Assembly (NCBI GenBank): GCA_965368975.1
Contig: CBDUPA010000002.1
Span: 96,001-160,000 of the forward strand
Length of the DNA stretch: 64,000 nucleotides
Direction of reading: 5' to 3'
Source: an uncultured bacterium
GTDB lineage: Bacteria > Acidobacteriota > Thermoanaerobaculia > Multivoradales > JAHZIX01
Every line of letters begins with the position of its first letter. The first letter of the stretch is position 1. The notes beneath the pieces are model-generated. The model was not told the origin of the DNA. It saw only the letters and a list, made by a program, of their open reading frames with translations, and did no database searches. Below, in pieces: positions 40,916 to 50,339 of this stretch. The translations under genes were made by a program, and so were the position numbers.

Positions 40916-43860
40916 GGTTGGGCTCCTCCGGCGGCAGCCACCGGGGTCGAGAGCTTGGCGGGGGCCGCTATCGCTGGCAGCTCGAAGGGGGCGGCTCGAC
41001 GCGGCTCAGTGGACAGCTCATAGGCCCCCGGCCGCTGCAAATCGTAGATCACGATCGCTTCGGCGGCGTGGTTGGCCGCCGGATCGTTGGCACGTGCGAC
41101 GGCGACCGCGCGGTCTCTGGCGTTGTCGTCCGGCTTGTACTTCTTGTAGAGGTCGAAATGCTCCCGGGCTCGGTCTCCTTGCCCCAGGTCACGCAGGATC
41201 AGGCTGCAATTGTAGTGCGCCGTGACGTTCTCCGGGTCCAGCTCCAGGCTGCGCTCGAAGAGGCTCAACGCCTCGTGCAGCAGCGCCTGGCGCGGCGCCT
41301 TGCGTTCGTCGCCGCGCTCCAGCTTGGCGCGTTCGAACAGCGTTTGTCCCAGCTCGTTGAGCAGTCGGTAGTCCTGGCTGAAGTCGAAACCACGGCGGCG
41401 CAGGTCCTCGGTGTCGCTGTCGACGACGCTCTTGAAGTTGGCGATCGCCTCGTCCAGGAAACCGTTCTGCTTGTTGACCTGACCGGTGAACCAGGCGATC
41501 GACCATGGTGGTGCCGGCGGGTCAAACTCGGCGGCCCGGCGTAGGGCCTCGATCGCCTGGTCTTGCACCGTACCCTGGGCCAAGTAGACACGCGCCAGGT
41601 TGAGCGGGCCATCCGGCCGCCCGAGCGCCTCGACACGCGTGAAGGCCTCCTCCGCCTGTCGCAACTCGCCCTTGGTCTTGCCGCCCTTGCGCAGCAGACC
41701 GATGCCGTAGTCGTTCCAGCGCTGCCACTCGGGAATGGATGACGGTGGATTCTCGATCGCCCCATCGGCCACCTGCGCGCCGCGAACCGGGAAGGTCAGA
41801 CGATCCTCGGCCAGGGTCAGGATCGGCAAGTCGTTGACCCACTCGGGGTCATCTTGCACGAAACGCATGTAGGGGGTGTCGAACTTGCGGAACTGCAGCC
41901 GCGCCTCGACGTTCACCGGGCCACGCACCCAGGACGGCACCTCCAGCTTGAAGTGCACGGTGTCCGCCGCGCCCGGCGGGATCTGGTGGTTGTAGAGGGC
42001 GACGAAGATGTCCTGCGCGTTGCGCCGATCGATGCGGTTGCCGTCGCGGTCGAGGACGTAGGAATTGACGAAGTGCGACCACGGATCGACCCGGTTCGCC
42101 GCGTCCATGCCACCACTGCGCCCGATCGCCTCGCCATCGGCGGTCACCAGCACGTCGAGCCAGATCTGGTTCGAGTCGGAGGTGCCCTGTGTGAACAGGT
42201 GCCCCATCTTGACCGTGCGGATGACGATGTCCATCAGGTAGGTTTCACCTGGCTCCAGGGCCGGCACAGAAGGCCGCAAGGGCGCAGTCAGAGCACCATC
42301 TGTATGACCCTGCGCACGCAGACCGAAGATATCCAGCCGCATCACGCCCTCGTTGAACGCCCGGTGCGCCTCGTTGACCTCGGCCAGCGGCGCCGACAAT
42401 TGATCCCGCAGCAGCTGCGGCAAGGCCGTGTTGGCACTGGGGAACTGGTGGTCGTGGACCTTCAACTCACCGGAGCCGTCGAAGTCCTGAGCGGCGAACT
42501 GCTGCGACGACTCGAGCGGCATGTGGCAACCGTTGCAGTTCGACTCGGCCACCGGCGGGTAGTAGAAGCTGCTGACGCCGTGGCCCGAGACACCGCTCAG
42601 GTGGTAGCTGTCGTAGTGGTTCTGGCCGCGCAGCCACTTGTACTTGTTGAGTTCCTCGGGCAGGTGCACCTTGTGGCATGTGCCGCAGAACTCGGGCGTC
42701 GTGTGCAACGGCTTCAAGAAGGTACGCTGGTGCAGCGCCGGCTTGGCCTTGACCAGCTGCTGATTGAGCCATTGCAGCGATGGCGACTGGCTGAAGGTGA
42801 AGGGATAGTGGATCGGCTCTTCGATTGTGTAGTCGGCATTGCCGCGCACACTGTTGACGTGGGTGATGGCGTGGCACGACGTGCAGGTGATACCAGCCTG
42901 GCCGGCCGGATCGCCCACGTCGTCGAAGTCGGGATCGTCGAACTTGCCGCTGAAGAACACCACCGGATCATGGCAACCGGCACAGAAGCGCGCCGCCTGC
43001 AGATCGCCGTCCCGCTCCAGCGCCACCTGACGCGTCTCGCGCACGCTGAACAGGTAGGGAGGGTTGTTGAACGAGCTGAAGCGATGCACGCTGTTGGCCC
43101 AGCTGGCGTGGCTGTCTTCGTGGCATTCCTGGCAGTAGGCGTCGTTGCTCAACACGTGCTCCGGGATGAAGTCGCCGGTCGCGGTGCGCGCCAGCGAGGG
43201 AAAGAAGTAGGCCTCGCCTGACGCGGGGCCCTCGACGTCCCAGCGCCGCGGATCTTGCATCTGCCAGACCACCATCACCACGCCAAAGACCAGCGCCACC
43301 ACCGCCCAGCGCATCCCCACCTGCCACCGGATCTTCTTGCCCACCAACCGATGCAGCACGAACAACCAGCCCGCCACGAACGGCGTGATCACGTGCATCC
43401 AGTACGCCACCGAGCGCACCTGCGGGTCGTTGACCACGATCACGCCTTCGAGTCGCGTCAGGATGACGCCACTGACCAACAGCAAGATCGCCGTCGCGAA
43501 CAAGGCATAGCCAACCCGCACGGCACGGCGGTTGGGGCGGTTGTGAGAGTTGAAGATGTGGATGCCGCCAAAGACGATCACCGGCACGATGATCAGCACG
43601 CCGAGAACCAGGTGCACCAGGAACATGTTCATATAGAACCAGTTCTGGTACGTCGTCTCGTGGAGCCACTCGAAGAATGTGACGCCACCCAAGTACACCG
43701 CGTTGACCGCCAGCAGCGCGAACAGGCCGAACACCACGGCCAGCAGCTGTTTCAGCTTCGGACCCACGGCGCGCCGGTACTTGGGTTTCTTGGGCGGGTG
43801 CCTCTTGGCTGAGGCCGGAGCGTTCGGATCAGGTGTCGAGGAAGGTGCAGTGTCGTTCAT
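40912..43860 (-). CDS. Membrane multiheme cytochrome c + TPR protein
   Basis: About five N-terminal TMs; CQECH, CAGCH, CTSCH, CGTCH, CNGCH; C-terminal TPRs (RWNDYGIGLL, AHYNCSLIL). Confidence 0.9.
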   Translation of the reverse strand: MNDTAPSSTPDPNAPASAKRHPPKKPKYRRAVGPKLKQLLAVVFGLFALLAVNAVYLGGVTFFEWLHETTYQNWFYMNMFLVHLVLGVLIIVPVIVFGGIHIFNSHNRPNRRAVRVGYALFATAILLLVSGVILTRLEGVIVVNDPQVRSVAYWMHVITPFVAGWLFVLHRLVGKKIRWQVGMRWAVVALVFGVVMVVWQMQDPRRWDVEGPASGEAYFFPSLARTATGDFIPEHVLSNDAYCQECHEDSHASWANSVHRFSSFNNPPYLFSVRETRQVALERDGDLQAARFCAGCHDPVVFFSGKFDDPDFDDVGDPAGQAGITCTSCHAITHVNSVRGNADYTIEEPIHYPFTFSQSPSLQWLNQQLVKAKPALHQRTFLKPLHTTPEFCGTCHKVHLPEELNKYKWLRGQNHYDSYHLSGVSGHGVSSFYYPPVAESNCNGCHMPLESSQQFAAQDFDGSGELKVHDHQFPSANTALPQLLRDQLSAPLAEVNEAHRAFNEGVMRLDIFGLRAQGHTDGALTAPLRPSVPALEPGETYLMDIVIRTVKMGHLFTQGTSDSNQIWLDVLVTADGEAIGRSGGMDAANRVDPWSHFVNSYVLDRDGNRIDRRNAQDIFVALYNHQIPPGAADTVHFKLEVPSWVRGPVNVEARLQFRKFDTPYMRFVQDDPEWVNDLPILTLAEDRLTFPVRGAQVADGAIENPPSSIPEWQRWNDYGIGLLRKGGKTKGELRQAEEAFTRVEALGRPDGPLNLARVYLAQGTVQDQAIEALRRAAEFDPPAPPWSIAWFTGQVNKQNGFLDEAIANFKSVVDSDTEDLRRRGFDFSQDYRLLNELGQTLFERAKLERGDERKAPRQALLHEALSLFERSLELDPENVTAHYNCSLILRDLGQGDRAREHFDLYKKYKPDDNARDRAVAVARANDPAANHAAEAIVIYDLQRPGAYELSTEPRRAAPFELPAIAAPAKLSTPVAAAGGAQP

Positions 43861-44095
43861 GCAGTGAGTCTCCGCTGTGCCGGCAGCGTCGAAGAACAGG
43901 GAATTGCAAGCGAGTCTAGTTGGTCATCATAGCAGCAGCTCCCGATGACAGACGAAGCTACTGGCCACGGCTGCTTTGCCGTGCACTGCAAGAAAGTCGC
44001 GACTTTTTTGCAGTCGGGAGCACCCTTGGCCGGAGTAGCACCGGCCTGAATAGGCACTAGACCAACTTCAGGCGTGGGCTGCAAAGAGCGAGCTG

Positions 44096-47000
44096 CTACC
44101 GGCCCGGCACCCCACCGGCCAGAGGCCGGATGAACCGCAACCCTGGACGCGTGTTGTAGAACTCCCGGTACAGGCGATGCTCCGGCGTATCCGGATAGGC
44201 AGCCGGAGCCTCGTAGGGATAGCCGGGCATGGCGTGGTACGGCAGCGGCTCGACGGTCTGCGAGTGGCCGGTGTTGGCGTCACCATCCTTGGCCCAGCCG
44301 TCGACGAAGAGCAGGAAGTCGCGCGTCCAGCCGTCCGGCAGGGTGGGCAAGGTGTCCGCGTCGAAGGTGAGGCGCAACTCGTCGCCAGAGCCCAGAATGA
44401 CAAAGCGGTCGTCGATCTCTTCGAGCAGGGGGCGGACGTCGCCGAAGCGCGTGTACAGGCCGCGCGTCGGGTTCCACATGCTCAGTGGACGCAGCTCGGC
44501 GTAGACGAAACGTTCCGGCTGCTTGCGCTCGGGGTGCACGATGACCTTGGAGAAGCCACGAAAGCGCAGCTCGGCTTGCTCTGGCTGCAGCTCAGTAAGC
44601 TGGACGGGCGGAGCGCTGGGATCCGACCCGAGGAAGATCTCGTCCCAGTAGAGGCACAGGTTGGTGACGATGCGCACCTTCCGCGACGACGACAGCCAGC
44701 GGCCAGTGAGGTCGACGGCGATGGTCTTGGGCTTGCCGGCGGGGATACCAAGATCGCCGATCACGGTCTGCCAGGCACCGGAGTCGTCCTGCATCTGGAG
44801 GTAGGGCATGATCAGCTCCCGCTCGGGGTGCTGACTGACACCAAGGAAGGTGCTGCCGTCGGCCCAGTCGACCCAACCTGCGAGGACGAGGACGGAAGCA
44901 CCATCACTTGCCAGGGGCACATCCCCGAAGTCCAGCTCGAGATGATGCAGCTCGGCGACGCCGGCATAGTCGCGATCGAAGTCGTCGGGATACCGCTGGT
45001 CCTTGGCCATCAGGCGTTCGAGAACGTCACGGCCTTGGTGGTCGCGGGCGGCGACCGGATAGTGACGCTCTCCGACACCGTAGAGGCGGAACTCGGGGAA
45101 CGGCGGGCCGACGAACTTGTCGTTGGTGAAGATGTCGACCTTGGCCGGATGGTCGACCGCGATCAAGTGCAGCTGGTCGAGATAGGCGACCTCGCGCAGC
45201 TCTTCCGTGACGCGGATCTCGTAGCGGCTGCCATCTGGAGTCTCGATCGGCGCCAGCGCGTCGCCGGGGATCTGTACGTACTCGTCGTGATCGGCCAGGA
45301 AGTACTCGCCGTCTCCGGCCGCCGCGCCGAGAGGGGCGACACCGAGGATGTCGGTGATGAAGCGGTACTCTTCGCCGTCCCAGGTGAAAACCATCGGGCA
45401 CGAGCCAGAGAGGCGCGGCGCTTCTTCGTACAAGACACCCTGGTTCGCGTCCTGACGCGCTTCGTTCTGGATCAGGCCGTTGGGCCAGGTGATGCGTACG
45501 GCATCGACCTGCTCACTCCCCTTCTCGATGGGGCCGGCCTGCTCGATGGGGCCGAGACCGAAGTGCAGCGGTACACCGTCGTAAAGCCGTTTCTGGTAGC
45601 GCGCTCCGGCCCGCACCTCGACCTCCGCACCCGGTGCCAGCTGCAGGTTCTTGACCCCACGCAGCGCCACACGCAGGTACCCCCCGCCGCGTGTCTGGTT
45701 GCGCAGCAAGCTCAGCGTGCCGTCTGCCTCCAGAGCGGCGACGTCGACGCGGCCGTCGGCATCGAAATCGGCGCTGACCAGGTGCCGGGCGGAGGTGGGC
45801 CAGCCCTCGGCGGGCTGCGTGTCGGCAGCTCGGGCGGCAGCGAAGCGGCCCTCGCCACGATTGCGGTGCACGCCAGCGACACTCAGGAGTTCGCGAAGGG
45901 TGCGGTTCTCGACATCGGCGGCCGCGAGCGGCGCGCGAGCGTCGAGAGGCAGGGCGGTGAAGCCGAGGCTGCGCGTATCGCCTGGCTGGTTGCGCAGCAG
46001 GACGGCGCCTTCTGGCCGGGCAGCCAGCACGTCCGTCCAGCCATCGTGGTCGAAGTCACCGGCGTGCAGTTCGGTGGTGCCCGCGGGCACGGACGGCAGT
46101 GGTTCGATGGCGTAGCGGCCACCCAGGCGATCGCGCAGCAGAACGCCGGGGCGATCCTGGAAAGCGATGGCGAGATCCATGCCTTGCGTATCGGCCACCA
46201 GGTCGAAACGTGCGGCGGCGGTCGCTCGGCCTCCGGCGAACCGTTCGTCGACGAAGGGGAAGTCGGCGCTCTTGTCGTCGAACTGCAGGCGGCCGTCGGC
46301 ATCCAGGCCAGCGTTGCGCAGCAGAGCCGGTGTTGTACCGAGCAGGACGAGATCGACATCGTAGTCGTGGTCGTAGTCGAGCCAGATAGCGAGGTCGAAG
46401 GTACGCTTGGGCAGCTTGGCTGACGGGGACATCGACTGCGCGACAAAGCGGCCGCCCTGGTTGCGCCACAACTGGGGCCCCTCATCGGTGAGCACGGCGA
46501 GGTCGACCAGACCGTCGTTGTCGATATCTCCCGGTGCCACGGCGCGCACGGAGGCACACTCCGGATCCGGTGCACCACACAGGCCGCTCTCCGGCACCGC
46601 CTCTCGGCCGCCGCGCCAGAGGCGCATGCCGTGCGCGCCCCAGGCGAGGAGGTCCGAGCCGCCGTCGCCGTCCAGGTCGATCACGTGCAGGCCCGCCCGG
46701 GTCTGCGACGCCGGCAGTTGCGCCAGCTCGACGCGGTCGAAGCGCGGCTCGGCGCGCACCGCGACGTCGCGCACGGCGGCTGGGTCGATCGGGTCGTAGA
46801 GCTCGGCGTAGTAGGACCACTCCAGGTCTTCCGTCGTCCCGGCCGCCTGCTGCCGCTGCTTGAGCTCACGAAACACCGCCATCTCACGCTGTGCCTCTTC
46901 CTGACGTCGCAACTGCCGGTAGGTGGTGGCGAGCTGGAAGCGCGGACCGGCGAGATCGGGAGCCAGATCGGCGGCCTGCTGGAAGAACTCAATGGCGCGC

Positions 47001-47479
47001 TCGCGGTCGCCTTCCAGCTTGTGGAGCACGCCCAAGTTGTACTGGGTAATTGGCTCTTCCGGAACGCGCTCGGCCATGCCCTGCAATTGCACGATGGCGT
47101 CGGCGTGACGGCCCTGGTTCTTGTAGGCGATGCCGAGACAGAACCAGGTGTGCGGGATCGACGAATCTTGCCGCTGGGCCTTTTCCAGCTCGGCGATGCC
47201 TTTGTCTTCTTGGCCGGTCTGCAACAAGGCCAGGCCATAGTTGATGCGTTCGCGCACGGACTCGGGATTCAGCTCCAGGGCCTTGCGCAGCTCGTCAACC
47301 GCCTCGTACTGCGTCGCCGGATTCTCGTAGAACGCCTTGCCGAGGTTGCGGTGGTGCCAGAGCACGTCGTCTTGAGCTTGTGCTGCCGTAGAACTGAGAA
47401 CGGCCGCCAGCAGCAAGAGTGCACGCACGAACCTGGAAAGCGCAATCCGGGTAGGGGTAGGTCCATGTGCTTGCCTCAC
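44096..47479 (-). CDS. Exported TPR + FG-GAP + ASPIC/UnbV protein with C-terminal 'GSCP' domain
   Basis: Signal peptide, TPRs, DxDxDG loops, LHFGLG..ITWPNG, then GSCPMVFTWDG..EELREVAYLD..GWAKDGD. Confidence 0.88.
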   Translation of the reverse strand: MRQAHGPTPTRIALSRFVRALLLLAAVLSSTAAQAQDDVLWHHRNLGKAFYENPATQYEAVDELRKALELNPESVRERINYGLALLQTGQEDKGIAELEKAQRQDSSIPHTWFCLGIAYKNQGRHADAIVQLQGMAERVPEEPITQYNLGVLHKLEGDRERAIEFFQQAADLAPDLAGPRFQLATTYRQLRRQEEAQREMAVFRELKQRQQAAGTTEDLEWSYYAELYDPIDPAAVRDVAVRAEPRFDRVELAQLPASQTRAGLHVIDLDGDGGSDLLAWGAHGMRLWRGGREAVPESGLCGAPDPECASVRAVAPGDIDNDGLVDLAVLTDEGPQLWRNQGGRFVAQSMSPSAKLPKRTFDLAIWLDYDHDYDVDLVLLGTTPALLRNAGLDADGRLQFDDKSADFPFVDERFAGGRATAAARFDLVADTQGMDLAIAFQDRPGVLLRDRLGGRYAIEPLPSVPAGTTELHAGDFDHDGWTDVLAARPEGAVLLRNQPGDTRSLGFTALPLDARAPLAAADVENRTLRELLSVAGVHRNRGEGRFAAARAADTQPAEGWPTSARHLVSADFDADGRVDVAALEADGTLSLLRNQTRGGGYLRVALRGVKNLQLAPGAEVEVRAGARYQKRLYDGVPLHFGLGPIEQAGPIEKGSEQVDAVRITWPNGLIQNEARQDANQGVLYEEAPRLSGSCPMVFTWDGEEYRFITDILGVAPLGAAAGDGEYFLADHDEYVQIPGDALAPIETPDGSRYEIRVTEELREVAYLDQLHLIAVDHPAKVDIFTNDKFVGPPFPEFRLYGVGERHYPVAARDHQGRDVLERLMAKDQRYPDDFDRDYAGVAELHHLELDFGDVPLASDGASVLVLAGWVDWADGSTFLGVSQHPERELIMPYLQMQDDSGAWQTVIGDLGIPAGKPKTIAVDLTGRWLSSSRKVRIVTNLCLYWDEIFLGSDPSAPPVQLTELQPEQAELRFRGFSKVIVHPERKQPERFVYAELRPLSMWNPTRGLYTRFGDVRPLLEEIDDRFVILGSGDELRLTFDADTLPTLPDGWTRDFLLFVDGWAKDGDANTGHSQTVEPLPYHAMPGYPYEAPAAYPDTPEHRLYREFYNTRPGLRFIRPLAGGVPGR

Positions 47480-49455
47480 ATCCCACCCCGAATCTTTCGT
47501 TCCCCTTCGACCACCAGTGAAATCTCATTCACTGGCACCACGGTCATCGGCACCATGCTTTCGTTGTCATCCTCATCCGGTACCCAGATCTCGCGCGCCC
47601 CGGACGGCCAGCGTACCTCCAGCTTGACCACCCGCGATGCCGCACCGACACCGATGTGCACCCGCGTCGAACTGGAACTCGAGTAGGCGTTGCCGCCGTT
47701 GACCTCACGCAGGTAGGTCTCGCCATCGTCCGTGGTCAAGAGCACCCGCGCTCCGATGGCATCGCGGTTCGAGCGCGTACCGCGCAGGCGCAGCTGCACC
47801 CAGCCGCCGGCATTCTCTGCCACGGCGCGATAGAGCAAGGCAGGTTGGTTGGCGTTGGTCTGGTAGAGGTCGAGCAGGCCGTCGTTGTCGTAATCGGCCA
47901 TGGCGATGCCGCGGCCGTCCAGATCGTTGTCGACGCCCGCGTCGGCGGCCATTTCGCGGAACGTGCCGTCCCCGAGGTTGTGGAACAAGCGCTGCTTCTG
48001 GTAGCCGGACCAGGTCATGTCGCCGATGTCTGGATAGCTGTGCAGATTCGAGAAATCCATGTCCGGCGACAAGATGGCTTCGAGCAGCACCGGGATGTAG
48101 TTGCCCTCGCCCCTGGAGCGCAGGCCGTTGACCACGAAAAGATCTTCCCAGCCGTCGTTGTCGAAGTCGCCGAACTTGCCGGCCCAGCCCCAGTCGGTGT
48201 CGCAGGTGCCGGTCTCGCGGGCCAGGTCCAGGAAGGTGCCGTCGCCCACGTTGTGCCACAGCATGTTGCACTCACGCATGTACTCGTCGGTGATGTTGGT
48301 GACGTAGACGTCCAGGTGACCGTTGCGGTCGTAGTCGCCGAAATCGACGTTCATGCCCTTGCGCGTGTCGAAGCCACCGAGCGCTTCTTCGGTCACTTCG
48401 TGAAAGGTACCGTCGCCATTGTTGAAGAAGAGGCGATCAGTGCCGTAGTCGCCAGCCAGGTAGACATCCGGCCAGGCGTCGCCGTTCAGGTCCGCGTGGC
48501 CGACATCGAGCGTCCAGCCGGTGTGTCCGGCGAAACCCGCCGCCTCGGTGACGTTCACAAAGCCGCGACCGCCAGCCTTCTCCCCGGGAAGCCCGTTCTC
48601 CAAAGGAACATTGCGCCAGAAGGTGACGCCACCGCCGTTGTCGGCGTAGTCGAGATTGTTGGGTAGCACCTGCGGCGTCTCGAGATCGAGCAGGTTGAGC
48701 GGCTGGAAGTAGTTGCCGAGCAGGAGGTCGAGATAGCCGTCACGATCGGCGTCGAAGGCGACGACGGCAATGGTATTGCCGAACTCGGTCAGCCCCGCCA
48801 CCTGGCTGACGTCCTCGAAACGCCAGACGCCGGCTTCGTCGGGACCCAGGCTGCGGTAGAGCAGCGGCGTGCCGAAGCGTGCGACCAGCAGATCGCGCCG
48901 GCCGTCGTTGTCGTAGTCGAACCAGAGGGCGTCCGCGACGATCGACGAAGCGTCGTTGCCCCCCGCAACCCCTGCCTGCTCGGCGATGTCGGTGAAGCGC
49001 AGCTCGCCGGAAGGGATGAACTCGTTGCGCATCAGGTGATTCAGCTTTCCCGTGTCGGAGTCGGTGACGAAGAGATCGATATCCCCGTCATCGTCGAAGT
49101 CGCCCGCGGCTGCCGCGCTGCCACCATCGGTAAACATCTGTAGCACCTCGGCCTTCGGGCGATCGACGAACTTGCGCGTCGAGTGCACGAAGCGCACGCC
49201 CGCGGCGGCACCGATTTCTTCGAAGCGTGGCCGCGGCACGGCGGCCGGCGTCCCAGTGCTTGCCGGCGTCCCAGTGTTTGCTGGCGAGGGAGGGCTTGCT
49301 GGCGAGGGAGGGCTTGCTGGCGAGGAAGGGCTTGCTGACGAGGAAGGGGTCGCCGGTATCGAGGGGGGGGCTTGCCCCACGGCCGGTGTGCCCAAAACCA
49401 AGACACCCATACCCAGCATGCACACCAACGACCCACCCGCGAGATGTTCCATCAT
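47476..49455 (-). CDS. Exported CRTAC1-family (FG-GAP + ASPIC/UnbV) protein
   Basis: Signal peptide, Pro/Ser linker, DxDxDG loops, YVTNITDEY, WGWAGKF, SNRDAIGARV..VRWPSG. Confidence 0.9.
   Translation of the reverse strand: MMEHLAGGSLVCMLGMGVLVLGTPAVGQAPPSIPATPSSSASPSSPASPPSPASPPSPANTGTPASTGTPAAVPRPRFEEIGAAAGVRFVHSTRKFVDRPKAEVLQMFTDGGSAAAAGDFDDDGDIDLFVTDSDTGKLNHLMRNEFIPSGELRFTDIAEQAGVAGGNDASSIVADALWFDYDNDGRRDLLVARFGTPLLYRSLGPDEAGVWRFEDVSQVAGLTEFGNTIAVVAFDADRDGYLDLLLGNYFQPLNLLDLETPQVLPNNLDYADNGGGVTFWRNVPLENGLPGEKAGGRGFVNVTEAAGFAGHTGWTLDVGHADLNGDAWPDVYLAGDYGTDRLFFNNGDGTFHEVTEEALGGFDTRKGMNVDFGDYDRNGHLDVYVTNITDEYMRECNMLWHNVGDGTFLDLARETGTCDTDWGWAGKFGDFDNDGWEDLFVVNGLRSRGEGNYIPVLLEAILSPDMDFSNLHSYPDIGDMTWSGYQKQRLFHNLGDGTFREMAADAGVDNDLDGRGIAMADYDNDGLLDLYQTNANQPALLYRAVAENAGGWVQLRLRGTRSNRDAIGARVLLTTDDGETYLREVNGGNAYSSSSSTRVHIGVGAASRVVKLEVRWPSGAREIWVPDEDDNESMVPMTVVPVNEISLVVEGERKIRGGM
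49244..49349. repeat. 18-bp in-frame tandem repeat encoding a Pro/Ser/Ala linker
   Basis: GCCGGCGTCCCAGTG(C/T)TT x2, then GCTGGCGAGG(G/A)AGGGCTT x~4. Confidence 0.85.
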
Positions 49456-50339
49456 TCTTCCGGCTCCCCGGCTGCCATCTGCGACTCGCCGTGCTCCGCC
49501 TCGACCGATCGCTGGTCGGCAACCTCACCCGGCGTCGCCGACCGGTCGCCGGGCCACAGCGGCGTCAGGTCGGTATCGACGCGGTTCAACGGATCGAAGT
49601 AGTTCTCCAGATACTGGTTCAGCTCCGAGCCCAGCCGCGACAGGCGTGCGTCGAAAGCAGGCTGGTCGGGATAGCGGGTCTGGCCTTGGGCCCAGATCTC
49701 GCGCGCCTGGTCAACGTCGTCGAGCCGCCAGTAGGCATCACCGAGCGCCACCCAGGCGCGGCTGTGCAGCGGGTTGGTGGGCAACGCCTCGGCGATCTCG
49801 ATCGCGCGCTCCAGGTCTTCGATGCCGAGCTTGGTCCGGCCGAAGATCGCTGGCCAGAACACGTAACTGTGGCCTCGGGTGTAGAGGCCAAGCCAGGTCT
49901 CGGACAGTTCTAGCGAGCGGGTGAAGCTGGACAGCGCCTCGTTGGCGAGCAAGACCTGGGTGATCGAGCCCTCGGCCGGGATCTTGTCGACCAGTGCGTA
50001 GCCGAGACTCAGGTGGATCGTGGCGTCGTCAGGATGCTCCGCCGCGAGTTCCTCGAACAACTTCACCGCGCGTCGATACTCACCGGCAGCGATGATCTCC
50101 TGGCGATACTCGCTGGCCAGCAGCAGATCTCTCGGTGCCTCGCGCAGCTGAGCTTCGAAAGTGTCGAAATCCGGTGGGTCGGCACCCAGCTCCTCGGGTA
50201 GCACCCCCTGGGGTGACCTTTCCTGAGGAGATACCTCCTGGGGGGGGGCCTCCTGTGCCAGCAGGGGACCGGCCCAGAATGCCGCCAGCAGGAGAATCAA
50301 GATCGAACGCAGTCTCACGGAGGACAGTGTAGACATCAT
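49452..50339 (-). CDS. Exported TPR-like protein
   Basis: Signal peptide, helical repeats (IHLSLGYAL, AWVALGDAYWRL), 4-bp overlaps on both sides. Confidence 0.8.
   Translation of the reverse strand: MMSTLSSVRLRSILILLLAAFWAGPLLAQEAPPQEVSPQERSPQGVLPEELGADPPDFDTFEAQLREAPRDLLLASEYRQEIIAAGEYRRAVKLFEELAAEHPDDATIHLSLGYALVDKIPAEGSITQVLLANEALSSFTRSLELSETWLGLYTRGHSYVFWPAIFGRTKLGIEDLERAIEIAEALPTNPLHSRAWVALGDAYWRLDDVDQAREIWAQGQTRYPDQPAFDARLSRLGSELNQYLENYFDPLNRVDTDLTPLWPGDRSATPGEVADQRSVEAEHGESQMAAGEPEE

Noticed and set aside
49244-49349. CRISPR-like array
   Set aside because: The 18-bp units are contiguous with no spacers, in frame within a CDS, and no cas genes are present.
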